From: Parasitella parasitica NRRL 2501
Lineage: Eukaryota > Fungi > Mucoromycota
Assembly: GCA_025201805.1 (NCBI GenBank)
Contig: MU619257.1
Span: 258,780-322,779 of the forward strand
Length of the DNA stretch: 64,000 nt
Direction: 5' to 3'
Below the pieces are notes generated by a model. That model ran no database searches, was not told the origin of the DNA, and was given only the letters and a program-made list of their open reading frames with translations. Numbering within the stretch: position 1 is the stretch's first letter; each line of letters starts with the position of its first letter. The translations under genes and the position numbers were made by a program. Of the stretch, positions 14,127 through 28,059 are shown one piece after another.

Positions 14127-15326
14127 GAGCCATACCTGTTTGATGATATTACTATGAAGAAAGGTATACTTGCGGCACCAAAAAAAAAAACTTACTTAAT
14201 AGAGCTATGTCATGTACTAAAATTGATATTGACATGGTATCACCTCCAGATAGGTATTTTTCACAGCTTAAAAGCAAAAACTTTAGCTTTGTGTGCCATT
14301 TTTTGATTGATTTTTATAATAAAAGTGCCCTGAAAACACCAGAAATAGTATCCATTGGAAAAAGACTATATTATATATGATTTTGGTGCAATTTGAGCAT
14401 GATTTTTTTTTCGATGCAAAATGACGGATTTTTCCGATTTTTTCCTTGTATCCGCACATCCAAAATCATTGATTGTGCATTATCCTCGATTTTGACCTCA
14501 AAAATGTAACTTTTTACTATGTCATATATTGGAGGAAAATGATCGTAAAAGACCATTGCTTGATCTGAAAGACTGGAAATGCGCTCTGATTAAGCAAAAT
14601 GTTGACTTTTTCCTCTTGATCTGTTTTTGATGTTTTTTAAACAGAATTTCTTTCATGAGCATACAGAAATTTATAAAATGATACCATCGTGTAGAGCGCC
14701 CAAAAATACAGCTATTAACATAGAATGACAGCCGTAGTATGCATAATATCAGAGGATGATATCTTACCTCAAAGGAGTAATTTTGTTTTCGAATTGTCCA
14801 AATGGAGATTCTGAAAGAATTTTTTCTTCCTGATTTTGGATGCGTTTAATCTCCGCTATCAAAGAAAAATGGCGCTTTTTTGAAGAAAGCATTAGCTTTG
14901 AGAAACCATAGCTTATTCAATTCAATTCAATTCAAAAAAAAAAAAAACAATTACAACCTATTTTATTTAAATTTTGTGCTTCTTGGCTTTCTAATGGTAG
15001 CACTTGCATGTCTGTACCTGGCCTGACGATCTCACGCTCCGATTTTGAAAAATACTTTTCGAAAAAAAGTCAGAAAAGTCGCCATCTTCATCTGATGTCA
15101 ACTTAAAAAGTACAAAAACTTGCTCTAAGCTATAAAAATATGTGATCAAAAGGTGCCTTACAGTCTAATTTATTACTTTGAATTAATTGTTTTTGTGTTT
15201 AAAATCGTTAAACATTGTTTTCTTACAGTTTTTGTCTTTTTTCTAACAGTAACACACTGAAGTTCGCGTAGACAAAATAAAGGCCGCCTAAAATCTATTC
15301 TGGCAGAGAGCTTATTTCACAACACA
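14127..15326 (+). repeat. ~1.2 kb non-coding interspersed repeat, copy 1 (probable transposon subterminal region or non-autonomous element)
   Basis: Colinear, high-identity match to the reverse complement of 26118-27277, from GAGCCA(T/C)ACCTGTTTGAT...ACTATGAAGAAAGGTATACTTG to AGTTCGCGTAGACAAAATAAAGGCCGCCTAAAATCTA..CTGGCAGAGAGCTT. Confidence 0.9.
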
Positions 15327-15743
15327 TTAATCATAAAAAGACTATATGCAACAAAATGCAAAATAAATGACCATATATATATTCTTATAGAGAAACAATT
15401 AATTTTTCAACTAAATCATTGTTTTCCTATTACTGTACACTGCAGTGGCAGAATACTTTGATTTTATAATTATATAATGGTTTTGTTCTAGGATCTTCTG
15501 TTTGATTTGTTTACAAGAAATATTCTATTTAAAACAAAGCTTCAAAGGGTTGAAGTTTTGCGTGAAGACAAAAATTATCAAGGTGCTACTTGTTTTGTTT
15601 TATGCTTTGATCTTACTGTTGATCTATACTGCAGAATGGCTGTGCCTGTCAACGACAGCATGGACTGCTTTTCTTATTGAAGTTTCGTATTTTTTTTTTG
15701 AATAAATCCTCTTGCCTCTTTATTGAAATTACCATCAAACGAT

Positions 15744-16909
<1,166 letters not shown>

Positions 16910-17437
16910 TTTTTGTACATTTTCTATTTTGCCATCGCCTTCAAAACAGCATCATTTTTCTTTTTATTTATTTGATATATGTATATTTAGACTCGATTAA
17001 AGACGAACCGTATAACAACATACACGCTATAGGGCTTGGCTAGTCTTTATAAAGCTGTTTGTCTCTCTTTGGATGGTTCATCCTTGGGAAATACATTTAT
17101 ACCTGACGATATTTGAGTGAAAAATAGATATTAATGCAGTTTGTAGATGACATTTACTGCTTTTCGAATCTTGTAGCACTTGCTATGCTATAAAAACCAG
17201 CCTATGAATGCTTCTTGGTCATTATGTCTGGTTATCGTATTATACAAAACCCGTAGTTGCTCAAAGGCAGAATGACGTCTATAGACCAAGCGGGTTGATT
17301 GTTTGGTACTTGTCTTCAACATACAACTGTAAGTGTTGTACCTTATCTCTTGTTTCGTGACCGCGCTACGAGCAGCATCAAGGTAATGAAAATCTTTTTC
17401 CAAGGAACCAGCTTTTTCATTATATCTTATACACAAC

Positions 17438-17920
17438 ATGAACGGAGAAGCTGATTACGACACTAAAAAGTACGAGAAGCTCACAAGCAACTGGAATAAT
17501 GACCCAACAGCATTTTTGAGCCTTTATTATTCATTGTTTTATAAGAAATCGCAAGATCTGGTCATGTATGTTCGCCAGGCGCCTAGTAAAGTATGTGTGT
17601 TAGGAATGAGCACATTTCCAGCACAGCTTGCCCGGGTCAATATGCATTCTGAATTAGTAAGCCAAAAAGTAAAAAAGGATACTATCTTGTGCGATCTGCT
17701 TGACGTGTCAGATCAAATCATTGGACATGTCAAAGCAGAGATGGATGGCAAGCTGCTGGAACTCAACAGTCGGTTTGCAACTGAAAGTTTGGATGCATTG
17801 TTGGGAGGGAAACATTGCATGGACATTGGGTTCATTGCCATCATTTTGCCCAAAGTGGAAGACACAGCTGTTCAACTAAAAGACTTTCAAACTGAAGAAG
17901 AATACTTTGGTCAACAATAA
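17438..17920 (+). CDS. Abitram/FAM206A (Simiate)-like protein, glycine-cleavage-H-like fold
   Basis: Intronless 160-aa ORF with LCDL...VKAEMDGKLLELN...GFIAIILPK...TEEEY, resembling the FAM206A pattern LCKI...VRGRLMEVN...GYIAVVLPK (recalled similarity). Confidence 0.65.
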   Translation: MNGEADYDTKKYEKLTSNWNNDPTAFLSLYYSLFYKKSQDLVMYVRQAPSKVCVLGMSTFPAQLARVNMHSELVSQKVKKDTILCDLLDVSDQIIGHVKAEMDGKLLELNSRFATESLDALLGGKHCMDIGFIAIILPKVEDTAVQLKDFQTEEEYFGQQ

Positions 17921-18083
17921 CAATTATCCTTAATAGGCCTGAATCATGTGCATGTATCTCTGTGCCTGTGTGTGTATTTATGTGATACGACTCTCCAGAA
18001 TAAAACTTTCTTTTTTTTTTTTTTTTTTCTTGCCTATCATTATTTCTCCCTTTCTGCTCCAACTTTTTAATCAGCACAATTGA

Positions 18084-19480
18084 ATGGGACAAGCAAGCTC
18101 ATCGCCCAAATCTTTGGGATTTTTCAAAAAGAATCTAGTGACAAAAGAATACGAAGACATGTCAAACAAATTTACAAAAGCAACAATGTCTACATTGGCT
18201 GTGCCTGTGATTATTGTCGCTTATCCGTTGCTAAATGCGTACACCTTTCAAGATTCAGATATAACTGGATATCGTATTGTAGACGGCGCTATCGGCGGTG
18301 TATTAGGCGTCATTGGCTGTAAGCATATAGATATTGCATTTACATTGGTGTTAACGCACATATCTTGTAGGGCCTTTGGCTCCAATTATGGCAATATGGG
18401 GTGCCATTCAAATCAACTTTAAAGAGAAGCCATCGCTACCATTGCCGGTTCCTGAAGAAATATTAGAGAAAGCTCAACAAGACATCAGTCTGAATATATC
18501 GCAGTTTTATAATGTTGCAGTTGTTGGATGCTCAGGAACAGGGAAGGTTTGTCTTGGCTTTGGAAATCGAAAAGGAGGGTTTGAGTGTTAAATGAAACCA
18601 TAGAGCTCCATTGTAAATGCGATTCGAGGATACAAAGATATACATCCAAAATCATCCAAAGTGGGGGAAGTGGAAACAACAGAGAAACCACTACCCTTTC
18701 AACATCCCGATTTAACGTCTCTGATTATTTGGGATATGCCAGGTGTTGGCACATCAAGTCACCAAAGAGAAACCTACTTCCAAGACAACTATTTGAGTTG
18801 CTTTGATCTATTGGTGATCGTATTAGGTAACAGGTAGGACAAACAAGGGATGATGATCGAATTTGGAGGCTTATTCTGAATTAGGTTAATGCAGGACGAC
18901 ATTGATATCGCAACACAAGCCAAGGAACATAGAATTCCAATTTTGTTTATTCGTAGTAAATCAGATCAAGTAAGTGTAGGCATATCATTTCTGTTTCGTG
19001 GCTATTACTGACACAAAAGCTAGGCAATTGAAAGCAAGACAATGAGACATGAGGGAAATGACGAATATCAATGGGCTACTGCAGTGGGTGAATTTGTGTT
19101 GGAGGTGAGACCTTTCTTTGTTTCGTTTTTTATAAATATGCGTGTAACCTGGGCAATGTTTACAGGTTCGAGACTCTGTCTTTTCACAGCTCCGGCAAAA
19201 TCAATTGAACACGAAAAAGTTGTTTATCGTATCAGCAGAATCGCTTAGGATGTTTGTAGCAACAATTAATAAACAAGAGGAACGAAAAACGATCAAAACT
19301 ATTGATGAGGAACGATTTATGACATCTTTGATTGAAGGAGTTGTTACCAAAAGAAACTACTGCCAAAAACAGGCCAGACTACAGGAGAAACGAAAGAAAA
19401 AAACGAGTAAAAAGAAACAAAAAGACATTTCATCCGTTGATAGCAATCAAAGCAATAATAATATCAATGGAAACGTGTAA
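18084..19480 (+). CDS. Interferon-inducible GTPase (IRG/IIGP, p47)-like protein
   Basis: Spliced across 5 GT-AG introns (first two: 18319-18370, 18547-18603). Contains NVAVVGCSGTGKSSIVNAIRG (G1), KVGEVETT, HPDLTSLIIWDMPGVGT (G3), DDIDIA, FIRSKSD (G4) and LFIVS; N-terminus MGQASS; two hydrophobic segments before the G domain. Confidence 0.8.
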
Positions 19481-19764
19481 ATCTATCAATAAATAATGCT
19501 TGTGTGATGATATAAGATGTCTATATTTGGTTGCTTATGTAGCAAATTGCTTGAATGTCTGCATGAATTGTGTGAAATGGTGCGATGTCGACGTTCAGAT
19601 CAGGTATTCGTTTGTAGTGCTCAGTCTAGCAATCCTTCAAATGTCACAAATGCTCATGTATGATAAAACTACCTTTCACATGAATGCAAGAGCCTATTTT
19701 CCTTAGCCATCGTTCTTCACTGTCATTATTCATATTATCACTTAGCTACCAAGAGCATTTAAAA

Positions 19765-20030
19765 ATGGGCTCTTCAAGAAGCAATGCTATAACAAAGTAG
19801 TTGAGAACGCCAAGAAAACTGTTAGCGACGCTGTCGGAAATGATTCGCTTCAATCCAAAGGCCAACCTCAAAATATTTCAGGTAAAATCGAAAGTACCTT
19901 GGTCAACGTGAAAAGGTATGCTACAGGTGCATACAATCAAGCTTCAGACGCTGTCAAAGGCACCATTGATTATTTGCCTGGCAATACCACCTATGAAGCT
20001 GGCGATGAGGTTATAAAAAAAAAAGTTTAA
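19765..20030 (+). pseudogene. CsbD/Hmp1-like stress protein pseudogene
   Basis: ATG 19765 (MGSSRSNA) is out of frame with YNKVVENAKKTVSDAVGNDSLQSKGQPQNISGKIE...AVKGTI...GNTTYEAG, a CsbD-like pattern; several expected glycines are replaced. Confidence 0.5.
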
Positions 20031-20454
20031 TATACACAAAGCTTAGTTTGGTTAAGTAGAATGGCATTATAAAGAAGTGCCTGAATGTGAAGATGAAATA
20101 CTATGATTCTATCTTAGACAAAACATTGCCGTTGAATCCAGAAATCTCATATCACTTAAGCATTACAGTACTATTTCTTTTATTTGACCTGTGAAATTTG
20201 CTGTATATAACCCTACAAAATGTACTATATATCCAGGGTGCTTTGAATGTCGCACAGGCAATAAAAGTTACTATTCCTTATTGTTGCTGTTGTTTGTGCC
20301 TGCTATCTACAAATGCAGCATTATTAAATAAGTACATTTACGAGCACTAATGAAAGAAAAAGTAGGAGAAAATAACAAAATGCAAGCAATTTCTACATTT
20401 AATATTTGTAAGAATGCTCTATTTTGACGAGGATAATGCAATTGACGGTTGCAA

Positions 20455-21813
20455 CTATAAAAAATATTTAATTCGGATAGTTTGTTTTGATTTCGATCTT
20501 CTTGATCTAGCAACTGAAGCCGCAGCTGCAGAAGAAGGCGATATCAACACCAAGAGTGCTTGTGATCTCTTTTGCGATTTTCTTTCTTGAATAATGGGCT
20601 TACTGGAGCTATGTACAGATAGCGTTGTTTTTGTATCATCGTCATCATCCTCTTCTAGCTCACTATCGCTACTGAGTATACTACTAAAAACACTTTTACT
20701 GTCATAGGATCTAGTAGGCCGAGGCGCAATCGCTTCTGTTGTGTTTTCGTGGTGCTCGCAGCAGGAGCCAGTGCTACATGGTGACAAAAAATGGTTACCG
20801 CCTGAAACCTCAACTTTTTCATCAAAGGCGCCATTGCTGCTATTGTTGATAACCTCCTTGTTTTTGTCGTCTAATAATAGCTTCGCTGTCTCCTTTTGTT
20901 TCTGTCCCTTAATATTATGGTCAGTTTGCCGCTGACAATTATTTTGGGATGATGCATAGAGCAGTTGAGATGCTAATGTAAAAGATTGGCTATTCTTCAA
21001 AACTTTTGGTCTTATTACTGGGCTATCAGTGGTAGGCTGTACTGCTTCATCAATCGCTTCATTGATCATGTCGCGTAGAGAAATAGACCGAACCCTTGAT
21101 TCCTTTTGAGAGTTTCTAAAGTGGTATCTGGGGGGCAAGGCCAAATGATTTCTGCTTTCATGGAAATCTGTTTGACGGCGGCGTAAATTAGTACGCACTA
21201 AATCAGATAAATAAGTCAATTGAGAAGCACCATCGTCTTGGTCGCTGTCACCTTCTGTTTGCGTTTTTTTTGGTACTGTATGAACAATATTCTTGCGGGG
21301 GTGGTGAGAGAATATCTCACTCTCATCTTCATTATCAAAATCAAATATATTTTCACTGGCAACGTTCGGAAGTGATTGAGCACGACCAATTTCTGATAGT
21401 AAAGACGGACTACTATTGCTATAGTTTTTTAGGTGATGACTTGACGATTTGCTGGTAGCCGACAATTCGTGCAAAGAACTGTTACGTCCATTGCTTCCAA
21501 AAAGAGCATACTTACTTTTGTACAATGTTTTGCCAATGATTTCATTACCACACTCGCCAATACCGTTTGATCTATTGGTGTAAGTTGGAGATCTTAATTC
21601 AGAGCGCAATTTAATGAGGCGAGATGCATAGTGAATACAGGACTGGAAGTTTCTGCCGTTAGTGAAGAGATCTTCATTGTTATTGTTGTTAACGTTCTTG
21701 TAACTATATTTAGATGTCGGTTCATGGCTAGTGTCGTTATGCAAAGATGGAAATACTAGAGAAGGCTGCTTAAAAACACCATCTAATGATGACTCTGTCG
21801 AAATTAAAGACAT
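20455..21813 (-). CDS. Hypothetical Ser/Asn-rich low-complexity protein
   Basis: 452-aa ATG-initiated ORF with no recognisable domain. Confidence 0.6.
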   Translation of the reverse strand: MSLISTESSLDGVFKQPSLVFPSLHNDTSHEPTSKYSYKNVNNNNNEDLFTNGRNFQSCIHYASRLIKLRSELRSPTYTNRSNGIGECGNEIIGKTLYKSKYALFGSNGRNSSLHELSATSKSSSHHLKNYSNSSPSLLSEIGRAQSLPNVASENIFDFDNEDESEIFSHHPRKNIVHTVPKKTQTEGDSDQDDGASQLTYLSDLVRTNLRRRQTDFHESRNHLALPPRYHFRNSQKESRVRSISLRDMINEAIDEAVQPTTDSPVIRPKVLKNSQSFTLASQLLYASSQNNCQRQTDHNIKGQKQKETAKLLLDDKNKEVINNSSNGAFDEKVEVSGGNHFLSPCSTGSCCEHHENTTEAIAPRPTRSYDSKSVFSSILSSDSELEEDDDDDTKTTLSVHSSSKPIIQERKSQKRSQALLVLISPSSAAAASVARSRRSKSKQTIRIKYFL

Positions 21814-21824
21814 TATTAAATGAG

Positions 21825-21856
<32 letters not shown>

Positions 21857-21866
21857 NNNNNNNNNN

Positions 21867-21955
<89 letters not shown>
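21825..21955. repeat. Long poly(A) tract containing a 10-N assembly gap (21857-21866)
   Basis: Directly visible. Other N10 gaps at 37267-37276 and 61454-61463 also abut homopolymers. Confidence 0.95.
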
Positions 21956-21958
<3 letters not shown>

Positions 21959-22281
21959 AGCCAGAATAGCAGCTATATATACAAGCAAATTTAAGGGATA
22001 TATGTATACATATTCGTATCAAGACTGATCCTCTACATGTTTCCATTGTAATAAACATAATAGTTTCAATATGATTTCTAAAGGGAGTCGCTATTGTCTA
22101 CTGAAAACAAAGTTTTTTTGATTTTCAGGTACTTTACAATTACCATGTCCTACCATGCTGTCAAATTGTAAGATTTTTATCTTGTGAGATAATAATAAAA
22201 GTACAGGTACATTTTATTATGATGTATATAGTATATATGTAAAGCAGTATGATATGTACAAAATTGGATAATTACAACTAT

Positions 22282-23520
22282 TTAAACCATATTATCAGCA
22301 GCATCTGATGATAGTAGTAATGGGGAAACCTCGTCTCTCTTGTTTGTATAGTTAGATGCGTCGGTTGTTATGTCTCGCTTACAGATTGGGCACTATTAAT
22401 GCAAAACGAGTTATTATCGTACACCATTTCAGCCTCAAAATACACGTTACCAGTTTCTTTTGTGTGGTTAACCATGCATCAACGCATAGTGTGTGAAACT
22501 GATGATTGCAAGGTAACAGTCTCAATTCATTACCACTCTGATACTCTTCCAAACATATTGCACAACTATCAGGCTCTTGCTCTTTTTCGTCCAACTTGAA
22601 TATTTTGACAGTTAATTTCGACACTACGGAAACAGGCGCTAGCTCTCTTCTACGTTGGACTCCTTGTCGAATCTTCCAGGAGATGTAGATCAAAAACAGC
22701 ATGATCAAAGGGGATACGACCACAATAATCAAGATGTCAATTAATGGCCTATAGTACAGGGATTGATTAGCAAACAGTAACATCACATTCAAAACAACAA
22801 CAAACGGCCTCTCCCCCCTCTTTTTTTTCCCCTCTTTTTCCATTTACCCCTATTCGTACATGTATTTCTCTTAAAAAAAAAAAAAAAGAGTAAATGACTT
22901 ACCAAGTGACAATATCATCATATTGTAAAACTGCCATCATAGGCGTATCTAATACCTTTGATAACTGCAGAATTTTATTGTATTCTTTCATTGCCAAAAA
23001 TACACTGGGAATAGTAACATCGGTTGTATCGCCTAGCGTTGTTTGTAACACAAATGAGAAAAAAGCTTAGTTGCCAAATGTGAAAAAAATAAAATAAAAC
23101 AAAGCCCTTAGTCTTACCTGGCGCATACATGGTGATCCAGCCTGAATGCTCTGGATCGCCTACGACAACAGCAACAGCACCGCTCTTTTGCATATATCGA
23201 ACTTTTGTAATGAACGAGCATCCGCCTCTCTTCACTAATGCAATCCAGTCAGAACAGGGTGGCTCAACTATGCTACAACCAGTTGGATCTTGGCTCGGTT
23301 CGACTATAAAGCCGATTTTGCCATTAGGTGAGATTCTAGGACCAAATACTGCACTTCTGTCTTCAAACGTTTCATTTGAAATCTAATTAAAAATAGTTGA
23401 GTAATTCAAATCCATATGTGATGTGCTAGAATAATCAAACTTTACTGTGACATGTGTTGATGCATAGACAAAGGAGATGAAATACGAAATAAATACCAGC
23501 CAAAGGGGATGTAATCTCAT
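22282..23520 (-). CDS. PA-domain / TM / RING-H2 E3 ubiquitin ligase (RNF13/GRAIL/RMR-like)
   Basis: Signal peptide from ATG 23520; PA motifs FGPRI and WIALVKRGGCSFITKVRYMQKSGAVAVVVGD; TM helix; RING-H2 CAICLEEY...LRLLPCNHQFHTLCVDAWL...CPICK; C-terminal EVSPLL dileucine; multi-intron. Confidence 0.9.
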
Positions 23521-23808
23521 TGCTTGCTATGGAGGGTATATTTATATATGTATACAGCGGTAGACGCAATTGAAGAAGAGGAAAGGGAAAAAAAAAAAAG
23601 TAAGAAAAAAAGGTTAAGGAAGAAAAAAGAAGCAGTTTCTATTTCAATGATTTTCAATCTGCTGCTTATATAACTTTGTAAGAGTATCATAACAGTTACC
23701 AGATGCAGCAATGGCAATTGAAAAACCGCATTCTAAAAAAGTTTTTCGCATTTCACTTTCTTGTTTCTGCTTTCTTTTCCTTCTCCATCTAATTTCACTG
23801 CAAGAACG

Positions 23809-25550
23809 ATGGAGGACCCGAATCACCATATTGGCCATCACCTGGCGCCTTGGAAAAGCGCTGAACCAACATCCAAAAAACGCTCATTCAGAAGACTATC
23901 GTTTTTCAAACCAGCCGAGGGCCATCCATCTGTGTCACCCGTATTAACAACGAATACCATAAATAAAGAATATGACCCAGAAACTGGAAATAAAATTATT
24001 AATAACTTTATGATTATACAAGAGATTGGAAGAGGAATGCACGGCAAAGTCAAATTAGCTGAAGACCTCGACACAGGAGAGCTCGTTGTAAGTTTTCCTT
24101 TGATTACTCCTTATTGACCACAGCTCCTTAACAATCTTCGAATTCCATTTAGGCAATCAAAATCGTCGATAAACAATCAAGAAGAAGACAGCTGGGCTAC
24201 AGTGCATTACGAGCAAAACATGGCGACGACTCTACCATTGAAAGCGAGCAGAAAATCAGAAGAGAGATTGCAATTCTAAAGAAATGTGCACACCCTCATG
24301 TGGTTCGATTGAAGGAAGTGATTGATGATCCTGCAAGCAGAAAAATCTATTTAGGTAACTTTGCATGAATTCCGATTTGAAACTTTTATTGAATTCGTTC
24401 CAGCATTGGAATACATGGATGGAGGCGAAATTATTTGGAGAGAAGACGATGAAAGCAACACTCCTGTATTGACAATGGATGAAGCTCGAAGTGTTTTTAG
24501 AGACGTTGTCAGTGGTTTAGATTACCGTTAGTGCGCAGATAATAATGAAATATAACAATCAAATTGATCCCTCTATTAGTTCATTATCAAGGAATTATTC
24601 ATCGTGATATCAAACCCGCCAATCTGTTGCTGACTCATGATGGAGTTGTTAAAATATCAGATTTTGGTGTCTCTTATTTCAATCAACATTTAGCTGGATC
24701 AAAGAACCAATACGACGATGAAATCGATAAAGAGTTGGCAGAAACTGCGGGTACCCCGGCTTTCTTTGCTCCTGAGCTTTGCAGCTCGTTAGAGAACAAT
24801 CACCATGATGATAGACACATTACAAAAGCTATTGATGTGTGGGCGCTGGGTGTAACTCTATATTGCTTGCTTTATGGCCAATGCCCGTTTACTGCCTCTA
24901 CAGAATTTGAACTTTTCGACATCATTCCCACTGCGCCTCTCGTATTCCCACAGGAAACACCTGATAATCTAGTAGACTTATTAGAAAAATTACTAGCCAA
25001 ATCTCCACAAGAGAGAATAACATTGGAACAAGTGAAACACCATCCATGGGTAATTGAAGGTCTGGAGGATCCAAATGCATGGTGGAAAGAAGCAGACCCT
25101 ACTCTATATAAAGCAGTCGAAGTAACAGATGAAGATGTAAATCGTGCAGTGACGATCATGGATAGATTTAGAAGGACGATTCGACGTATATCCTCTTCGC
25201 TGTCCAATTTAACTCAAAGCTTTTCTCGTAAAAGTTCAACAGCCTCTTCTATACCTTCCTCTTCAGATATCCACCCTTCTCCTACCAATACAACATCAAC
25301 CATAAATACATCCGCCACTACACATCCTGAGGAGATGCAACCGCACAATCATAATAGTGGTTGGAAGCCAGCATCATTTCATTCGTTGACTTACTCGGAG
25401 GATGAGGTTCAAGATGATAAAATAGAACAGTCTTTACCAAATCATATATATCAGCATCATCATCCTTTTCAAATTGATAGAAACGACTCTTCTGGATCTT
25501 CAATGTCTGGTTTAGTTGTTACGTTCAGTCGATCTGAAAATCATAAATAA
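23809..25550 (+). CDS. CaMKK-family Ser/Thr kinase (Ssp1/Sak1/Tos3-like SNF1-activating kinase)
   Basis: IGRGMHGKVKLA, AIKIVDK, REIAILKKC.HPHVV.L.EVIDDP, LEYMDGGE, IIHRDIKPANLL, DFGVS, AGTPAFFAPE, IDVWALGVTLYC; three introns. Confidence 0.92.
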
Positions 25551-26117
25551 CTTTATTAGAATTACTCGTACCATCATACAAAGAAAAAAAGAAGAAAAAA
25601 AGACAACAGAAATTCTCTTTATATACCTCTCTTTATTTGCCTGCTTTAAATTAAAGAAACGAGATATAGAAGCATTTTAGAAATGTACAGCTGCATAAAT
25701 TTTGTTCCTGAATAAAGTATCATTTCGTTCACCGCTTGCAACTACAAATGGACAATATCAAATACTATGTGGCACCGCTTCACAATGCCCAGCCAGTTTC
25801 AATTCACGAATTAAAGATGTCAAATTTCATTATTACGCCATACTTGATGATGGTGACCTCTCTAGCAAATAATTGTTACATTGTTTTTATGAACAACCTT
25901 CAAATCGCTATAATGGAAATATGGTACACTGTCATTTTGCAGTTTCTTAAAATAAAGATCAATTAAATGATAAAAATTAGGGTAATTGTGATAATATATA
26001 TTAGGGTTTCTGGAGAGAAGAGAAATGTCTCCCTAAAAAGAGTTTAAGTGGGGACTTCTATACTTAGAGAAAAAGAGCAATTGCTTTGTTTCATTTATAG
26101 TGAAAATTTAAAGAAAG

Positions 26118-27277
26118 TGTGTTGTGAAAGAAGCTCTCTGCCAGCGTAGATTTTAGGCGGCCTTTATTTTGTCTACGCGAACTACTGTTAGAAAAAAGAC
26201 AAAAACTGTAAGAAAACAATGTTTAGCGATTTTAAACACAAAAACAATTAATTCAAAGTAATAAATTAGACTGTAAGGTACCTTTTGATCACATATTTTT
26301 ATAGCTTAGAGCAAGTTTTTGTACTTTTAAGTTGACATCAGATGAAGGTGGCGACTTTTCTGAATTTTTTTCGGAAAAGTATTTTTCAAAATCGGAGCGT
26401 GAGATCGTCAGGCCAAGTACACACATGCAAGTACTATCATTAGAAAGCCAAGAAGCACACCATTTAAATAAACTAGGCTTCAATTGTTTCTCTCTTAAAT
26501 TGGATAAGCTATGGCTTCTCAAAGCTGATGCTTTCTTTAAAAAACCACCATTTTTCTTTGATAGCGGAGATTAAACGCGTCCAAAAACTGAAAGGAAAGA
26601 TTCCATTTGGACAAAAAAAAACGAAGTTACTCCTTTGAGGCAAGATATCATCCTCTGATACTATGCATACCACCGCTGTAAGTCTATAATAATAGCTGTA
26701 TTTTTGGACGCTTTACAAGATGGTATTATTTCATAATTTTTGTATGCTTATGGAAGAAGTTATATTGAGAAAACCTCAAAACAGATCAAGAGGGAAAAGT
26801 CAATATTTTGCTTAATTAGAGCGCATTTTCACTCTTTCAGATCAAGGAATGGTCTTTTGCGATCATTTTCCTCCAATTTATGCTATAGTAAAAAGTTGCA
26901 TTTTTGAGGCCAAAATCGAGGATATTGCATAATCAATGATTTGGATGCGTGAATTCAAGGAAAAAATCGAAAAAATCCGTGATTTTGTATCGAAAAAAAA
27001 AATCATGCTCAAATTGCACCAAAATCATATATAATATAGTTTTTAACCAATGGATACTATTTTTCGTGTTTTCAGGGCACTTTTGATTATATAAATCAGT
27101 CAAAAATGGCACACGAAGCTAAAGTTTTTGCTTTTAAGCTGTAAAAAATACCTATCTGGAGGTGATTACCACGTCAAAATCAATTTTAGTACATGACATA
27201 GCTCTATAAAGTAAGTTTTTTTTTGGTGCCTCAAGTATACCTTTCTTCATAGTAAAATGATCAAACAGGTGTGGCTC
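26118..27277 (-). repeat. ~1.2 kb interspersed repeat, copy 2 (inverted relative to 14127-15326)
   Basis: Reverse complement aligns end to end with 14127-15326, with scattered substitutions and small indels. Confidence 0.9.
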
Positions 27278-28059
27278 GTATTCTCTCAAAAACTTCTCAG
27301 CTTTTATCAGAAACCCTTATATATATCATCACAAACACCGTGACATTTATCATTTACTTGAACTTATTTTTTAAGAAACCATAAAAAGGCTGTACATCCA
27401 TTGGATTTTTTTTTACAAACTTGTGGAAGTTATAGGGGGAATTAGTAGTTTGAGAAGGTTTTGCTGGAAGAAACAATTCGGGTAAGGCTGGAGATAAACT
27501 TCTCGATGTTGACTTTATATGATGATCTACAATAAGCATTTCCCGCTCTGGGTTTCTTCCCTCACTACAGTCAACCATACATGTGTTGTAAACTTATCAC
27601 TAATAATGACTTTTCTATGGACATCCTGTCTACTGGAGCTATTCGTGTCTCTCAAATTCTGTGATTTTTGGTACAGGACAACTCTGTTATCATTACGGCG
27701 AGAATGTTGGTTGCAAATGAACCAAACTTGGGTGTGGTTTTATCGGTATATTTGTACATCCAGTTTTGAAACGGGACTTGGCAGGCTTCCATGATCATTC
27801 TAGTTGAAAGAAATTTTTCATAAGAATTTCTCAAAACCGTCAGAACAAAATAGAAAATGTTATCATGTTGGAATCTTCTTTGAAGTTGTTTTTTGAGCGA
27901 AATTCAAAGATATATAAAGGTAATAAAGAAATCATCTATTCAGTTTAATCGTCTTTTTCGCCCGGTCATTACCAGCTTCTTTTAGATTCACATTCTCCCT
28001 TAAACTTCCATATATTTCACGCATTTGTCACATTTTCATGTCTGCCATACAATAATAAT

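Noticed and set aside
21770-22058. Poly-Lys/poly-Phe ORFs (also 48168-48575 and 61311-61562)
   Set aside because: Translations of homopolymer tracts and N gaps.
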